Assembly (NCBI GenBank): GCA_016748015.1
Contig: JAAOMT010000135.1
Span: forward strand, 571,960-635,959
DNA: 64,000 nt
Direction: 5' to 3'
Origin: Geosiphon pyriformis uo1
Lineage: Eukaryota > Fungi > Glomeromycota
In this document: piece by piece, positions 37,401-51,299 of the stretch
Layout of the letters: each line of letters opens with the position of its first letter
Numbering within the stretch: the stretch's first letter is position 1
Program-made: the position numbers and the translations under genes
Notes under the pieces: generated by a model
The model's database searches: none
Told to the model about the DNA's origin: nothing
The model's input: only the letters and a program-made list of their open reading frames with translations

Positions 37401-40400
37401 AAACTGTAAAGTTTTTTTTAAATACACAAACAATGTGCTAAGAATATTAGTTTTTAAAAGTTTTTGTTATATGTAAATTTACTCATAAATTTTTTAGTTA
37501 TAAAGTACAAAGATGTATTTTGGCAGTTTATAGTATAGATATAAGCTATTTTTTTTAAGTTAGTCAAATATAATTACTAGAATCTGGTGTTGTTTTTTTG
37601 CTTTTTTGGTAAGTTAACAAAATAAAATTAATATTCAAACTTAAAAAGAGCTTTTTTTTATTAGATTATTACAAAATTTAGTCTCAGATAATTAATTTTT
37701 AATGTTGTCATTCCACAAGAGCAAAGAAAAACCAAGAAAAAAATAAAATAAAAATTAGTAATATTAATTATTATAATTAAAAACAATTAATCCAAATCAT
37801 TAAGATTCTAAAACTATTTATATTAATAGCTCTAATTTGAAATAAAGATAAAAAAAATAATTAATTTGATTTTAACAACATAAATTCTGGAATTATATAC
37901 AAGTAAATTGAATAATATTTTATTTAATGATTAATAAAAAATATAGAAAAACTTAAATAAAAAAATTTATCAAGTTTAAAGATAAAATATTTAGAAAAAT
38001 ATTGGTTTTTGTTTTCTTTCTGTTTTTTTCTATTTGCTAAAACTACTTATTTTTATATATATTCTTTAGTTTTACAAAATTGCTTTTAATTATTTGTTAT
38101 TTTTATTATTTTACACTATAACTAGTTATCTTATATTATAATTAATTATTTTGTATTATATTATATTATTGTGTATTATCTTGTATTATTCTAAATTATT
38201 ACATATTATTTTGTATTATTTTGTATTATTAAGTTTTTTTTATATTATCACATATTAATTACGTTTTTTTAATAATTTTGAATTGGTTTTTCTATTCAGA
38301 TAATATTATTTCTTTTTTTTAGAATTAAGTTTCTACAAAATTCTATGTATTTGTAAATATTGTTTTTTCAAATATTGTTTTTTATAGATTTTTAAACTGT
38401 GAATTTGTTATTTGTCTTATGTTATTAATTATAATAATTTTTAATAAATTGTTTAATAGTATAATAGAACAGTATTTAAATACTAAATATAGTTAGTATG
38501 TTGTCTTATAATATAGTATTAAGTTGTTTCTCTTAACAAATTTTTCTATTTGTTTGAGAGCTTTTTTGTTGAATATTTGTTTGTTAATATTTAGATATAG
38601 TGTTTATAAGTCTAGTTTTTGCCAATTTTAAAGAACCAATAGATTAATAAAAAGTCTTTTTTTTAAGCTTTAAAGATTTTTGGTGTTCACTTTTCTATAT
38701 CTAGTTTTATAATTAACTTGTTTAAGATTTCTTTTATTTTTTAAGCATACAAAGCCACATATTTTTTTTTTAATTATTTATAAAGATAAAAATACTTAGT
38801 TTTAGTTGAATTTTTGTTCACTTTTTCTTTGTTTGTATTTTTGTATTGTATTTTTTTTCTATTAATTGTGATTTTTATTGATATTATAAATTGTTAAATT
38901 GTTTTAAATAGTTGTTGTAAAAGTTTTAAAATTTTGTCTAAGAGATTTATGTTGAGAATATTATTAACTTTTTTTTTGTTTTTTTAATATTTATATATTT
39001 ATTTTACATAATTTAAATTGTTATATATAAATTGTGTTTGATAATAATAATTGGTTTTAAATCTTATAATATATTTTTTGGTCCAATTAATAAAATTTGT
39101 GTTCTTAGTTAAAATATAAATAATAACAATTCTTGTATTGTATAATAAATTTTTAGATGATTTTTATGTATAGTTTTCTTTAAAAATTTGTCTTTTAATT
39201 TTAATTTATAAGCTCTATTGTCTAAAACTTTGTGTATATGAAATAATTCATCTTATTTTAGATTAAACTTCTCACTTTACTGTTTTTTAGCTTTAATACA
39301 ATATAACAATACTTGGTTTCCAATTTTGAATTCAACTAATTAGTTTAATAAACAATTATTATGTTTTTTTTTCTGTTATTTTTGAATATTAGTAATATTA
39401 TTAGCTGTTGTTTTATAATTGTTTTCTAATATTTTCATAATCTGGTATGTTTTTTAGTGTAAAATAATTTTAAAATTTCCTTTAATAATTGTTTTTGTCA
39501 GAAAAAAAAGTATTTTTTGTTTAATAAGTAATATAGCTTTTTTTTTATAGACTAATTTGAATAATATAAATTGGATAGTATTTTGATTTAATATTTAATA
39601 TGTAAATAATACTGAGAATATAAATAAATCTTATTTTTGCATATTTTCATAACTTATTTTTGTTAATGTTTTGTACAATATTTAATTAAATCATTATATT
39701 AGTCTATTTGTTTAAAAATAATATAATAATAATAATTATTATTTTATTTCAAATTGTTGGTTCAATTTGGCAAGTATATTATTAACAAAATAAGTTTTTT
39801 GGTCAGATAATAATTTTTTTAGACATTTATATTGGCAAATTAGATTTTGATATACAAATTTGGCTATTGTTTTGGTATTTGCCACTTAAATAAATCTAAC
39901 TTTAAGTTATTTGATAAGATAGTTTACAGTATTACCAGAGGTTTTTGATTTTTTTTTTGAATATTATTGATATTATTTTGTTATTAATTCACAATTATTA
40001 AAAGTAATTAAATCTTTAATAACTGAATTTATTTTTAAATTATTTTTTATAATTTGAATTGCTGAATTTATAAGTAAAATAACCAATTTTGTGCCAATTA
40101 CTATATATAATTACTTTGTAGTAAAAGTTAACTCTTTTTCAAAAATTGCTTATCTAAAAGCTTACTAAAAATATGTAGTTACTTTACTATAAAAGTCAAC
40201 TTTTCTACAGAAATTTCATCTGTAAACTACTTTAATAATTATAATAAAAAATATATATATATATATATAATATAAAAAAAAAAATTTTGTTAAGAAATTG
40301 TTTTCTGTTTAGGTTTAGAGTTATTAACAGATTACTAAAATTGTTAACTAATTAATTTTAAAACTTTAGTAAAGATTTAAAGAATTTTAAGTAAAATAAT

Positions 40401-43400
40401 TATAATTTTTGTTGTTTTTTAATTTTTATTGAAGTAATTGTATAGATACTAAAAAAAATATTTTTAATAAAATTAATTTTACCTAAGATATATTTTTTTG
40501 AAGAAAAAAGCCTTTTTTTATACAATTTGTTATAATACTAGTTTATAAACTTGCACTTTTTTTTTGTTTTTATTTTGGCAAACCAAAAATTCATTTTAAT
40601 AACTTACAAATTGTTTTCACAAACTATAAATTATTTTAGTAAACTATTAAAATATTTTGCAAATTTCTATAAATTTTAGTGAATTCTTGAATGTTATAAA
40701 ATTTAGAATATTACATGGTTTGATTATTGCATTTGTGTATTGTATAAATTAAATTATTAATTAGATAATAATATTTAATAATATAATTAAAATAATAAGT
40801 AATAATTGAAACAATAATAATATATACAAATTAATAATAAAAATTATAAAAATAATTTTATGTTAATTATTGACTAAAATTCTACTAATAATAATAATTA
40901 TAATGATATAACAATTTTTTTTGAAGATAATAAGAAAAATTCAACCAAATTAATCCCAATTCTATCAAAAAATTTTCTTTTTTTTTCTTTGGCAAAAGTC
41001 ATAATTAAGAATATATTCAAAAACATTTTTATATATTATTAGTCAATAATATAAATTAATTGTTATTTCTAAGATAATATTTTTGTTGAAGTGTTTTATT
41101 GTTAGATTAGAATACATATTAAATAAAACAATTTTTTATTTTTTATTTTTTATAATTTATTATGATATAATATAGTTTTGGCATTCTTAACAATATTATT
41201 AGTTATTGTGTAAAAAGTAGTTTTAAGTTTGTTTTTGTATAGTACTTTGTTTTTGTTGAGATAATTTCTTCTCAAATTAAAGTGTTAATAAATATTAGTA
41301 TAATTATTAATATGTGGCTGTATTTATTAGTTCAAGATTAAATTTGAATCATTTTTAATAAGCTGTTAGCATTGGTGTTTTTAGCTTTTTTTGTATAATA
41401 TACTTTATATAAAAATTATTACAAATAAGTACTTAATCTTATATATTTTTCTTTAAATTGTGGTTTGCTAAATAACTAAATAAGTTCTTTATAATCAATA
41501 TATAAATTAAATAGTTAGTAAAAATAATATTTTTATTTCTGTACAGCTTAGTAAATAATAAAATATTTTAAATTAATAGTATTGTATATTTTTTCAGTAG
41601 TACTGATATTGTAATTAGCATAAATAATTAAATGTTCTTAATTGTTAAATTCAATTTGCAATAGAACAGCTTTTAGTGTATTTTTTAAAATATTTATAGT
41701 TATGATAAAATATTTATTAAAGTTTAGATAAATTAGGTGCTTTTATAGGTTATTGTTTAAGATAATTAAAAATTTTTTGCTAACTGGTTTTTTATATGTA
41801 TAAAACATGTTTTGACAGTAAGTAATAAAGAAATTTAACAATATTTGAAAAGCTTTTGACAAATTAACAATATTATTTAACCAGTCTTAAAAATTTTTTT
41901 AGTTCTTAGAAATTAATTAGAGCAAAAAAATTCTTAACTTTTTGAACTTTGTTAAGATTTTATTTTATTCTATCTTTGCCAATTATATGTTTTAAGAATT
42001 TTAGTTTAATTTTTTTAAAGAAATATTTATTAAAATTAAGTTTTAGTCCTAAATTTTAAAGACAATTGAAGATTTATTAAAAGTGAATCAGATGGTTATT
42101 AAAGATTTTACAAAATACATTGGTATTATTTAAGTATATTACAATAAATTTTCAAAAAATTCTCTTATACATAATATTTATAAAATATTAAAAGATAACT
42201 AGAACATTATAGAGTTTAAAAAGCATTATATTAAATTCAAAATTTTTATCTTAGGTAATGAATGCTATTTTTTTTTGTTTAAAAAATTCATCTTAATTTG
42301 TCAATATCTACTGGCTAAATCTAAAAATAAGAATTATTTTTTATTTTTTAAATTATCTAAAATTTTTTAAATAAAAAAAAGTTAGATAATTATTTTCTTA
42401 AGTAATATTATTAAGTTTTTAATAATTCATGCAAAAATAAATTTTTCTATTTTTTAATAACCAATATAACAAATAAAAATCAAAAGCTTAGCAATTTTTT
42501 GATTAATCTATTATTTAATATTTATTGTATTTTTTGTTTAATCAAATTGTTATTATTTGAAATTACTTAATAAGCTTATTGTTTAATAGGTCTGGCATTT
42601 TTAGTGTTAATCTTATGCTTTATAATATTAGTGTTTGAATTTGTTTTTGCTGATAAAAATATTAATATATTGGTTTAAAAAAATCTTAAATTGCATTTGC
42701 TGTAAAGTACTTAAATTTTTTAAGTTCAGTTTATTAATTTCTTCTATAGTAAATAGATAATTTTTTTTGGCAAATTCTATATTTGTAAAGTAATATCACA
42801 AAATAAAAACAGTTATGTAAAGTCAAAGATAGATTAAAATTTTTTGGAATTTTAAATGTTTAAAGAAATAGAACTAATAAAAGTTTTTTCAGAAATTTTG
42901 ATAATATTTTTGATAAAGTTATGAATAGAAATTTTGAAATGTTTGTAAGCTTTAATAAGTATATACAAATTTGCAATATTGGCTAGAAAACAGATTTTTA
43001 GAGCCATATCAAATAATAAAACTTGGTTTTAAACTTTTTAATTAATTTTTAAAATGTATTATCAATATAGAAAAATAAAAATAATAGTATTAGTATAGAT
43101 AAATTCTATCTTATTACTGGTATTTTCCATGAAATTAACTTGTATATTTTTTCTTTTACTTAATTCAAATCCTTGAATTTTTTAAATAATAAGACTTAAT
43201 TCTTTTTGTATAATTATTAGAATTAGTTAAAAGATTTTTATGAAAGATAAAAAAATAGTTTGTGTAATTTTTTCTTGAAATTTAATTATATAGGGCTTAT
43301 TAAAATTGTTTTAAAATATTACAATTATATTCTCAATATATTTGGCATTAATTATTTTTTTTTTAACATTAATTTTTTTGTTTATAAAACCAAACTAAAA

Positions 43401-43445
43401 TATAATTTGAACTATAAAATTAATAAAAATTTATAAAGCTAATTT
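37400..43445 (-). mobile_element. Old, AT-decayed gypsy element, family C: 3' LTR remnant ending ~38305, ORF3 homolog ~38310-38900, IN, RH/RT; probably continues at ~50270-51300
   Basis: 39760-39929 reads VNYLIK*LKVRFI*VANTKTIAKFVYQNLICQYKCLKKLLSDQKTYFVNN (integrase). PPT-flank homology at 38310-38340. A ~10-nt TATTATTTTG array lies at 38120-38260. Boundaries are approximate. Confidence 0.65.
39930..40893 (-). repeat. Solo LTR of gypsy family A (old), inserted in the integrase of family C
   Basis: Collinear with 25350-26321 but G/C-depleted. The flanks join into continuous integrase sequence. Decayed 4-bp TSD ACAG/ATAA. Confidence 0.82.
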
Positions 43446-43451
43446 TAGATT

Positions 43452-46400
43452 TATTTTTTATTTTTTATTTTATTAAGTTTAACGAGTGAAGTCCAATTAC
43501 TATCTAATACAATACAACTATCTAAAGTTCTAAATTAAACATGATTCACGCTTTTGCTACATGTGACTAGCCACTCAGCCAATCAAGGCTACACTACGCA
43601 ACTATATTTACCATAACTTCACCAGCAACACTAATGAAAAACAAACAGCTACTACTCAAGCCAAAGCTGACCACGTGACCCCTACCTACTTCCAGTAAAT
43701 GAGCAACACCACCTGAAATTCTAACGGGGAGACCCCAGACAACATTACATAAAGATCCATCCACACCCAACAATCCACACTGCTTCATTTCCACTCAAAG
43801 TTTTGAATTGGGTATCTAAATCCACTCCTTATGGCCAACAACCAGACTCCAAACAAACTCGACCAAACTAAACATTGCAAGCTTAGAATCCACAAAGAAT
43901 GTCTTAGTCTCTGTTAGCCAATTATCCAACACTAAACCCTTACACAAAGCTGTATACAGATCACCATTGGAAATAAAAAAAGCCAAAGACTGCAGAACTA
44001 CAGATGATGACAAAGTAGCTCCAGTAAGAGATCTCCAAAGAAAGGAGTGCTCACACAAAATGCCCTGATGCATCAAAAAATCTAAGCGACAAATAAAACT
44101 ATGATTAGAAAATTTCACCTTCCTGCAATGTATACATGATACACTAGGATAATTTTGATTATACAAATGCTTCCTAACAGCCACTGGCAGCCTTTTGTGT
44201 AAAGTCTTCATTAAATATGTGCGCAAACTGGTAGTGGTTCTGCTTGTATATCCAGCTGACATGTGAGAATCAGGGTGTCAGACCAATGCAGTACAAAACC
44301 AATTTATGTCCCCAATCTGTGAAGAATCCACAACACTCAAACCAAGTCCAAATTTCCATTGGAAACGCCTAATAGTATCATTTACTATCCTAATAAAATG
44401 GCGTGCCTTGCCAGAAATCACTCTACCATTTGCCAATAAGAAATTTTCTTTGATGTTTGCTGGGAAAAAAAGTTCTGATGACATGGCTGTATCAGCCAAA
44501 CAATCAGCATGCTCATTACCTAACACACCAGAGTAACTCTTTACCTTCGCCTAGATGACAGAAATGTTTTTACATTTGACCAAATTGGCGATATGACGGT
44601 GCTCAACCCAGCATCTATTGCAGAAATCTGGAGCCACCAAACTCAATTCAGCCTGACAAGCATCCAAGAAGGCCTGGCTGTCAGAGAAAACTATAACATC
44701 CGAAAAAGCCGGAACACACTCAAGTGCTAATGCAATAGCCTGCATTTCAGCTAGGGTAGATGACAACAGACCATGAACCTCCACACCTACATGCAAACTC
44801 AGATCAGAAAAATATGCGGCAGCCCCTTTGACAGCATCAGAGGTACCAAAGTTTTTAACAGAACCATCAGTATAAACCAAAATCACTGGCAAAAAAGCAT
44901 CTTTCAGACTAGAATAGACAAAACTGAAGTGATCTGTATTCAAAACATCCAATTTAAGAGGAGACTCAACAGTGGGAAATGCATTTTTAACCAAATTACC
45001 ATCCTTGACAAAACCTGAAACCAGTGTAAACCACAAGAGAACTGGGCCTTTAGAATCCAAATGCTTCCAACGGCGAAAATTTTTCCAATCAAAACATTCC
45101 CCATAACTGTTTAGCAATTGGTCTGCAAACATGATTCCAAAATACTTCAGTAATCTGCAAACCTGGAGATACATTGTCTGGCCCAAAATATCCAGAACAG
45201 AAAAACCTCTCTTGAGATGAAAAGCATTGGGTAAACTATTAATTAGGGAAACTTTATTATGTAGAAAAATTTTTGTGACACCAGCCAGAAAATTGTTTAT
45301 TGGGTTAACTATTAACTTTACAAGAGATCAAAGAGAGTTTCGAGGAACCCAGCCTAAAACCTGCAAGTCTATTGACCTATGTCTGAACAATCAGCCCAAC
45401 ACTCCACCATCATTAGCAAACTGTAACACTAATGAGACTTTTGCTTCTGCCTGAACTTGCTCAAAGGGCTTCAAATTGTACAAAGAAGGATGGTACACTG
45501 CCTCGTTAGGAAAGTCTCTAGGCAGACTGGCCTTAGACTTCAACCTCTTTCTAATTACACAGTCCCATTTCTCGCATGTGCTCCTACTGATGAAGCTGAA
45601 TTGAGTTCTATATTCTACTATGGGCTGTAAAACAGCTGACACCAAATAAAAGAACTGTTTGTCTGTGATAGCTTTGCACAAAACCATGGACAAGAAAAAC
45701 TTGACATCCAAATTCGCCTTCTTTAGACTTGGACCAGAAAGACCCTTGGTCGACAGAAAGATACCTAAATACCAATGAGCTTCGCCAGCCTTTGTGATTG
45801 AAATTGGAGATCTGCTCACTTCCAAGGAGATATTGCTAGATCTTGGATTAATAGGAATGGCAATTGTCTTCTCAGTATTAATTGATATATCTATTAACCC
45901 AAAAAATTCACTAGCAATGTTCAAAATATTCTGCATCGCTGTGAGACAATTGCCAACCCAAATGGTATCATCCATGAAAACACCAGCAGACAAATAGGAA
46001 GTCAAATCAGCATTTGATTCAATTCTGCCCATCCTGGCTACAAATTTGGAATCAACTTAATATCCAAAAACTGACTCATGTTTCTTTACTTCGCACAAAA
46101 GAGGATCATAAAAAATCTTCCACAAAAGAGAAGAAAAAACTTCACTCTGGTCCAGACTGTCATGTACTTTGTAGCCCTCAGACAGACCAAAGTCTGTTAT
46201 AACTCTGTTCGTGCGGCCATTGTAAATACTACCAAAAAACCTGATGAATTTTTCACACATCTTAATTTTCTTCAGACTACCTTTCAAATGTGACCAACCC
46301 ACTGAGTTGTAAGCTTTGCACATGTTCTGAAGTACCAACCAAAGTTCTCTACCCTTTTCCAAAGCATCTTCTATAACAGATCCAACAACAAAGATAGGAG

Positions 46401-49400
46401 ACTGAGTGGAAGTGCCTTTCAGCACTGAAAAATTGTCTCCACACAGAATGTTGTATATGCTGCAGGCTTTCAAAATGCGATCAGATAGAATTTTTAAAAG
46501 AATTTTTCTAGAGGTCTCAATGAGAGCAATTGGTCTGGTGTTCGTCAGAACTCCATCCCACTCATAAGATTTCAGAATCATGGATACCCAGGCCTCTCTC
46601 CAGGCATCTGGAACAGATTCATACACTAAGCATAAGTTGAGCAGGCGCAAAAGAAGGACCAGAACAGACTCATCACAGTGTTTCCACATCTCGTTAGAGA
46701 TACCAAACAAACCAGCAGCTTTGCCATCCGGAAGATTTTTTACCACCAACAAAAATTCACCAAAATCAATTTGCTTTATCACATCAAAGGAAGCACCATT
46801 ATCAACATGATTAAGAGGAGAAAATTGTTCTTGCCATTGGGAAGGCATTAAAAGTTTAACTGCATGTTTCCTGGTCCAATTCTCCATAATCGAATCCACC
46901 CTACTCTTGACCAAATCAGACTTCAATATCAAATCTCCATTATCAACCAAATGGTCCAGCGTAACTTTTCTGAAAAGCTTCTCTAACACACTCCTGATCA
47001 TTTGATCTTTGTTGTCTATAAAAGCTTCCATATGCTTTTTAATAGCTGTCTGAATTTGTGAGTCCTCGAAAGCCTTAGATTCCAAAAACTTGCGAGACCT
47101 ATACAATTTTTTAAAACTTGTTAGTGATTGTTCAACCAATACTCTGTTATGACCATCGCCCAAGGAATTCTTGAATATTACAGTCTGGTCAAAGTCCAAA
47201 TCGACCCACTTATTAACTAAAAACTGAAATCTCACCATATTGCCTGTTTTGTAAGCATCCAAAATTTTTGCAACCAAAATTTCCAATCTGTGAAACCTAG
47301 AAAATATAGCTGTCTTGACCAATCCAACATCTCTGGACTATGTTTTCACGAGAGTGGCCTCTGCTGCAGAGCACACATTAGACAAAGAAGTGTCCACATT
47401 CTGTTAATATTACTATTAGAGCCATGGAGTTCAAAATTACCAGCAGCCTTTGAAGCAGCAGCCAATGACGTGTTTCCAAACTTTTTCCAGATCTTACCAC
47501 TGACATCACTAACTCTGTATTTCCATTTTTCTCTTACGGCCTGCCTGCATATTGAATTAAGCTGAGAACTGAGAAAGCCCCCCAAACCAATATCCACCAA
47601 CACGGCCAAGTGGTCAGAATCAAAAAATTTGGCTGGACATGATACACACTGGTTAAAAGAAGAACTGCGAAAACCATCACTAACTAATATAAAGTCTATG
47701 CACTTATGAACACCCTTTGAATTGGACCACGTGGGAAGCCTGTGTGAAGAAGAATCATGTAAAGAATCAAACAAACCCAAATCCAGACATTTCTTGAAGC
47801 TTGCACTGTGGTCTAAATCATTTTCGTTAAAGTCACCACCAAGAACAACAAAAGTACTGCCATTTAAAGTCTCAGCCACCATTGAATTGACAACGTGAGA
47901 GTGAGCCAGTCTCTTTTCCAAGGTGGCATTTGTATATAAGCCCAAAACTGTCACTGAAAGTTTATTTTTGAAAAGCAATTTCACAGAGATAAGCCGGCCG
48001 GGCATCTCAGAAATCTTGCACACATGCTTTGCCAGAGAAACATCCATAATTATGGCAACTCCTGCACCCAAATAACCAGACTCCAAACCAGAGGTAAACA
48101 CCCAAACACCATCAAATTTGTTCATAATTCAAGAATGGATCTTTCCTTTCAACTTTGTTTCAGTAACTACAGAAATCATGTTATCTGCATTTTTGTGCCA
48201 TCGAACAATATCTTTCTGCTTGGCAGGATTGTTCATGCCCCTCATATTGCACGTAGTCACTTTTCAAACTAGGTCAATCATTGGGAAGAAAAAGATGCCT
48301 GAAAACCCGAACTAGTGTACAACTAATCTAACTTCCCCAGAATTGCACCAACAGAAGCATTGAGAGCCACCAACTTGGATTCCAGAGAACCCACCTTAGA
48401 GGTCAAAACTTTTGAACTACTTGAACCTGAATCCGAACCAATGAAAGGAAGCAAAAGTGCCACCACAGGATTATGTGAGGTATTATCCAAAATCATATCA
48501 AAACTGGTAGCTGCCGAAACATCCAAAATACCCAAAAAAGAAGGAGGGGGGGCCAAAGACACCAAATTCATACTGCCAAGTCTGTGCACAATACTAAAAA
48601 CCTGATCATGTAGAAGCTCCAAGAAACATTCCAAAGACACCAAACAGGCATTCAAAGAAGAGTTGTCATTTGTCAACAGAGGAAGACCACCACCCAAATC
48701 AGAGATGCCAAGAGAAAAGACACCAGAACCAAAACCAGAACCAGAAAAGGAACCACCAGAAAAGGATGCAAGAGACACCACTTGGGCCCATGACTTGCCA
48801 CCAAAAGCAGCAAGGCGAGAGATAAGAACATTCTTTTTCACATACAGCCTGGCCAGCTGGAGACAATTGGCATTGGAGGCAAGTTTTCTAAACGAAAACA
48901 GGAACTTGGGAGGTGATACATTTGAAGTGTCACATTCAAGAGCCAAATGACCAAAATGCCCACACTTTTTGCAATGAACCAAATCAAACCTGGCCCATGA
49001 AAGCCAAACACCACCAAGAATAGGCTCAGTAAGAAAGGCCAAATTCAAATTATCAGTGGATTCAAAGCACACTACAGTACAACAAAACCTATTGCCAGTT
49101 TCCAATGAGTAATTAATAACACAAGTTTTCCCACCAACTTTATCCAAAAGAGTACCAAGATCATGCGCAGTTGTCTCTACTGGCAAAGTAAACAGAAGCG
49201 CTCTATAGCAATCCCTTGATGTCCAGACATCACAATCCCCCACAGCTCTGGCAATACGCACTGAGTCTTTTCCGATTAGGAATGACCACTTTGAAGCTAA
49301 CTGATCAGCTTGACTAGATTCAGCAAACTCCACCACAGCCTTCTGCCACATTCTGATCAACTGAATTCTGATTGACTTAATTTCTCCAAATTCAGATACT

Positions 49401-50267
49401 GCAGCGACAATCATATCTTTTGGCATGTCCATGGGAATTTTTTTTAACACCACAGTCCAATCTGAACACATTCCTTGTTTCTTGAGATCAGTGTTTATGA
49501 CAATTCCTTTTTCTCTGGCCAATGATGCAGCCACTTCCATGCTCTCTTCTGAAGTAAATGTCGATCAGATGATCCCTTCAAACTTTGAGGGGGTAGTGGC
49601 CCCCCCAAAACCATTGACCAAAGAAAAAATTTTCCTGATTACTTGAGTTTTTGCCATTGCCGATTTGCCCTCCACTGCTGAAAAATTAATATCCAAAGCA
49701 AATGATTTCTTGACTGATACTTCCACAGAAATCTTGACAATCTTTGGGTCCACCCATTTTCTATTCAAAGAGATAGGTACACGAGAAGAGAGAACAACTT
49801 CAACATCATCCATTGCAAAGTTGGGAGATTTAAGTGGGGATCCAAATACAGCACCAGTGTCAACACACTTTGCTTTAGAAGTATTAGCAGCTGAACTGAG
49901 AAGGAACCCACCATAGAAACCAGACATACTGGCATTATCATTATTACCGGAAAGACTGTTCACATCAGAAAACACATTGCCACCAGAACCAGACTTGTTC
50001 AAAGAGATATCTTTTTCATTACCTAAGTGTTTGACATTCCCAATCACAACTTTTTTTCTTTGTGAGAATGAACCACCAGCAAGACCATGGAGAGCACCTC
50101 TAGGAGCCTTCTTTTTAGACATACTGCTGCCAGAGGCAGCCTCCAAATCCATAACAAAGGGGTTATTAGTTAAAGAAATGATGAAATGAACTAACAAAAA
50201 AGATTAAAAACTTCTTTTTCAAAAAATGCACTTTTTAAGGATTTTTGGAGGTAAGAGAGAAAGAAGT
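43452..50267 (-). mobile_element. LINE copy 4: full length and best preserved; ORF1 ~50152-48278, ORF2 48281-43594 (one frameshift near 47350, several stops)
   Basis: ORF1 has CKKCGHFGHLALEC and C-terminal heptad-like segments. ORF2 has APE (GGDFNE, TWSNSKG..IDFI, SDH), RT (RPIALIE, KAY, FMDDTIW, YLG), RNase H (VYTDGS, AEMQAI, SDSQA, GNEHAD) and CIHC..HSFIC. A-rich tail at 43452-43475; 5' motif at 50210-50267. Confidence 0.93.
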
Positions 50268-51299
50268 TTTTATGATTTATTTTTATAAAAAAATAAGATA
50301 CTATAATTACAAAAGATTGTTTAAAGTATTTTAAATCAAATTTAATATTATTTACATATGTTTTTTCAGAGCATATTTTTTTATTGTTGTTATTATACTA
50401 TTTTAGCTCTAATTTCTTAGAAAAATTAAGATAAATAAGATACTGTTTTATTTTAGTAGTTATACTTGATTTTTAAAACATTATGTTTTCTATTATTAAC
50501 ATGTACTTTTTTTTGAATTTTTTGAGTTTAAAAATAAGATAAAATGTTTGTAAAGATGAATTAAACAAAAAATCATATTTATTACAATACTGAAAATAAT
50601 AAGAGATTAAACAATAATTATACAGTTTTGTATTAAAGTTAATTAATCTTTGTTTTTGTTCTTTTTGGATAGAAACAAGTTATTAATACTAGTTTTAGAA
50701 TGCTTTAAGATTATTATTGAATAGATTATCTATTTTTTCTATGATTACCAGAGCATTTTTTATGACATGTATTTTCTTAATTATAACATTTTTTTATTTT
50801 ATAGTAGTATTATGAATTAGTTTTTCTGGTGATTATATTATAATTAATTTTTATGGCTTTTTAAATCAAACAATAATATAAGATATTATTTAATTTAAAC
50901 ATAAAAATAAATATATTAGTCTTGATTAATATTATTTTTAATTTATGCTGAATTCCTGTTTAATATATTATTATTATTTTTCTTATTTAAAGATCTAAAA
51001 ATTAGCTTGGTAAGTTTTTTCTAACTTCTTAGCAAATATTGAATAATTTTTTTTGGTAAGTGTTTTTATTATTGGATTTGGTAAATAATATAATTTTTCT
51101 GTCGAAATTGCTGTTAGTAGCCACTATTATGTTAGTTTTCCAAAGAAAATTTTTGTTATATTCCTATACTTTTGATTGTGGCTTTTCTTAAAATTTTTAC
51201 AAAAATACTTTTTTTATTTTGTATTAATACTAAATGTCTGTATTTTTTTGTTTGTAATAAAGCAGTATTCTATTCTTAATAAATTCAAAAAAAATTAAA

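Noticed and set aside
37400-43445. AT-rich tracts as organellar insertion, centromeric satellite or endosymbiont DNA
   Set aside because: They translate into decayed integrase, RT and LTR homologs of neighbouring elements.
48360-50189. Plus-strand ORFs opposite LINE ORF1, and similar antisense ORFs at 24773-25213, 54193-54555 and 60144-60521
   Set aside because: They are shadows of the strand-biased coding frame, with no motifs and no consistent boundaries between copies.
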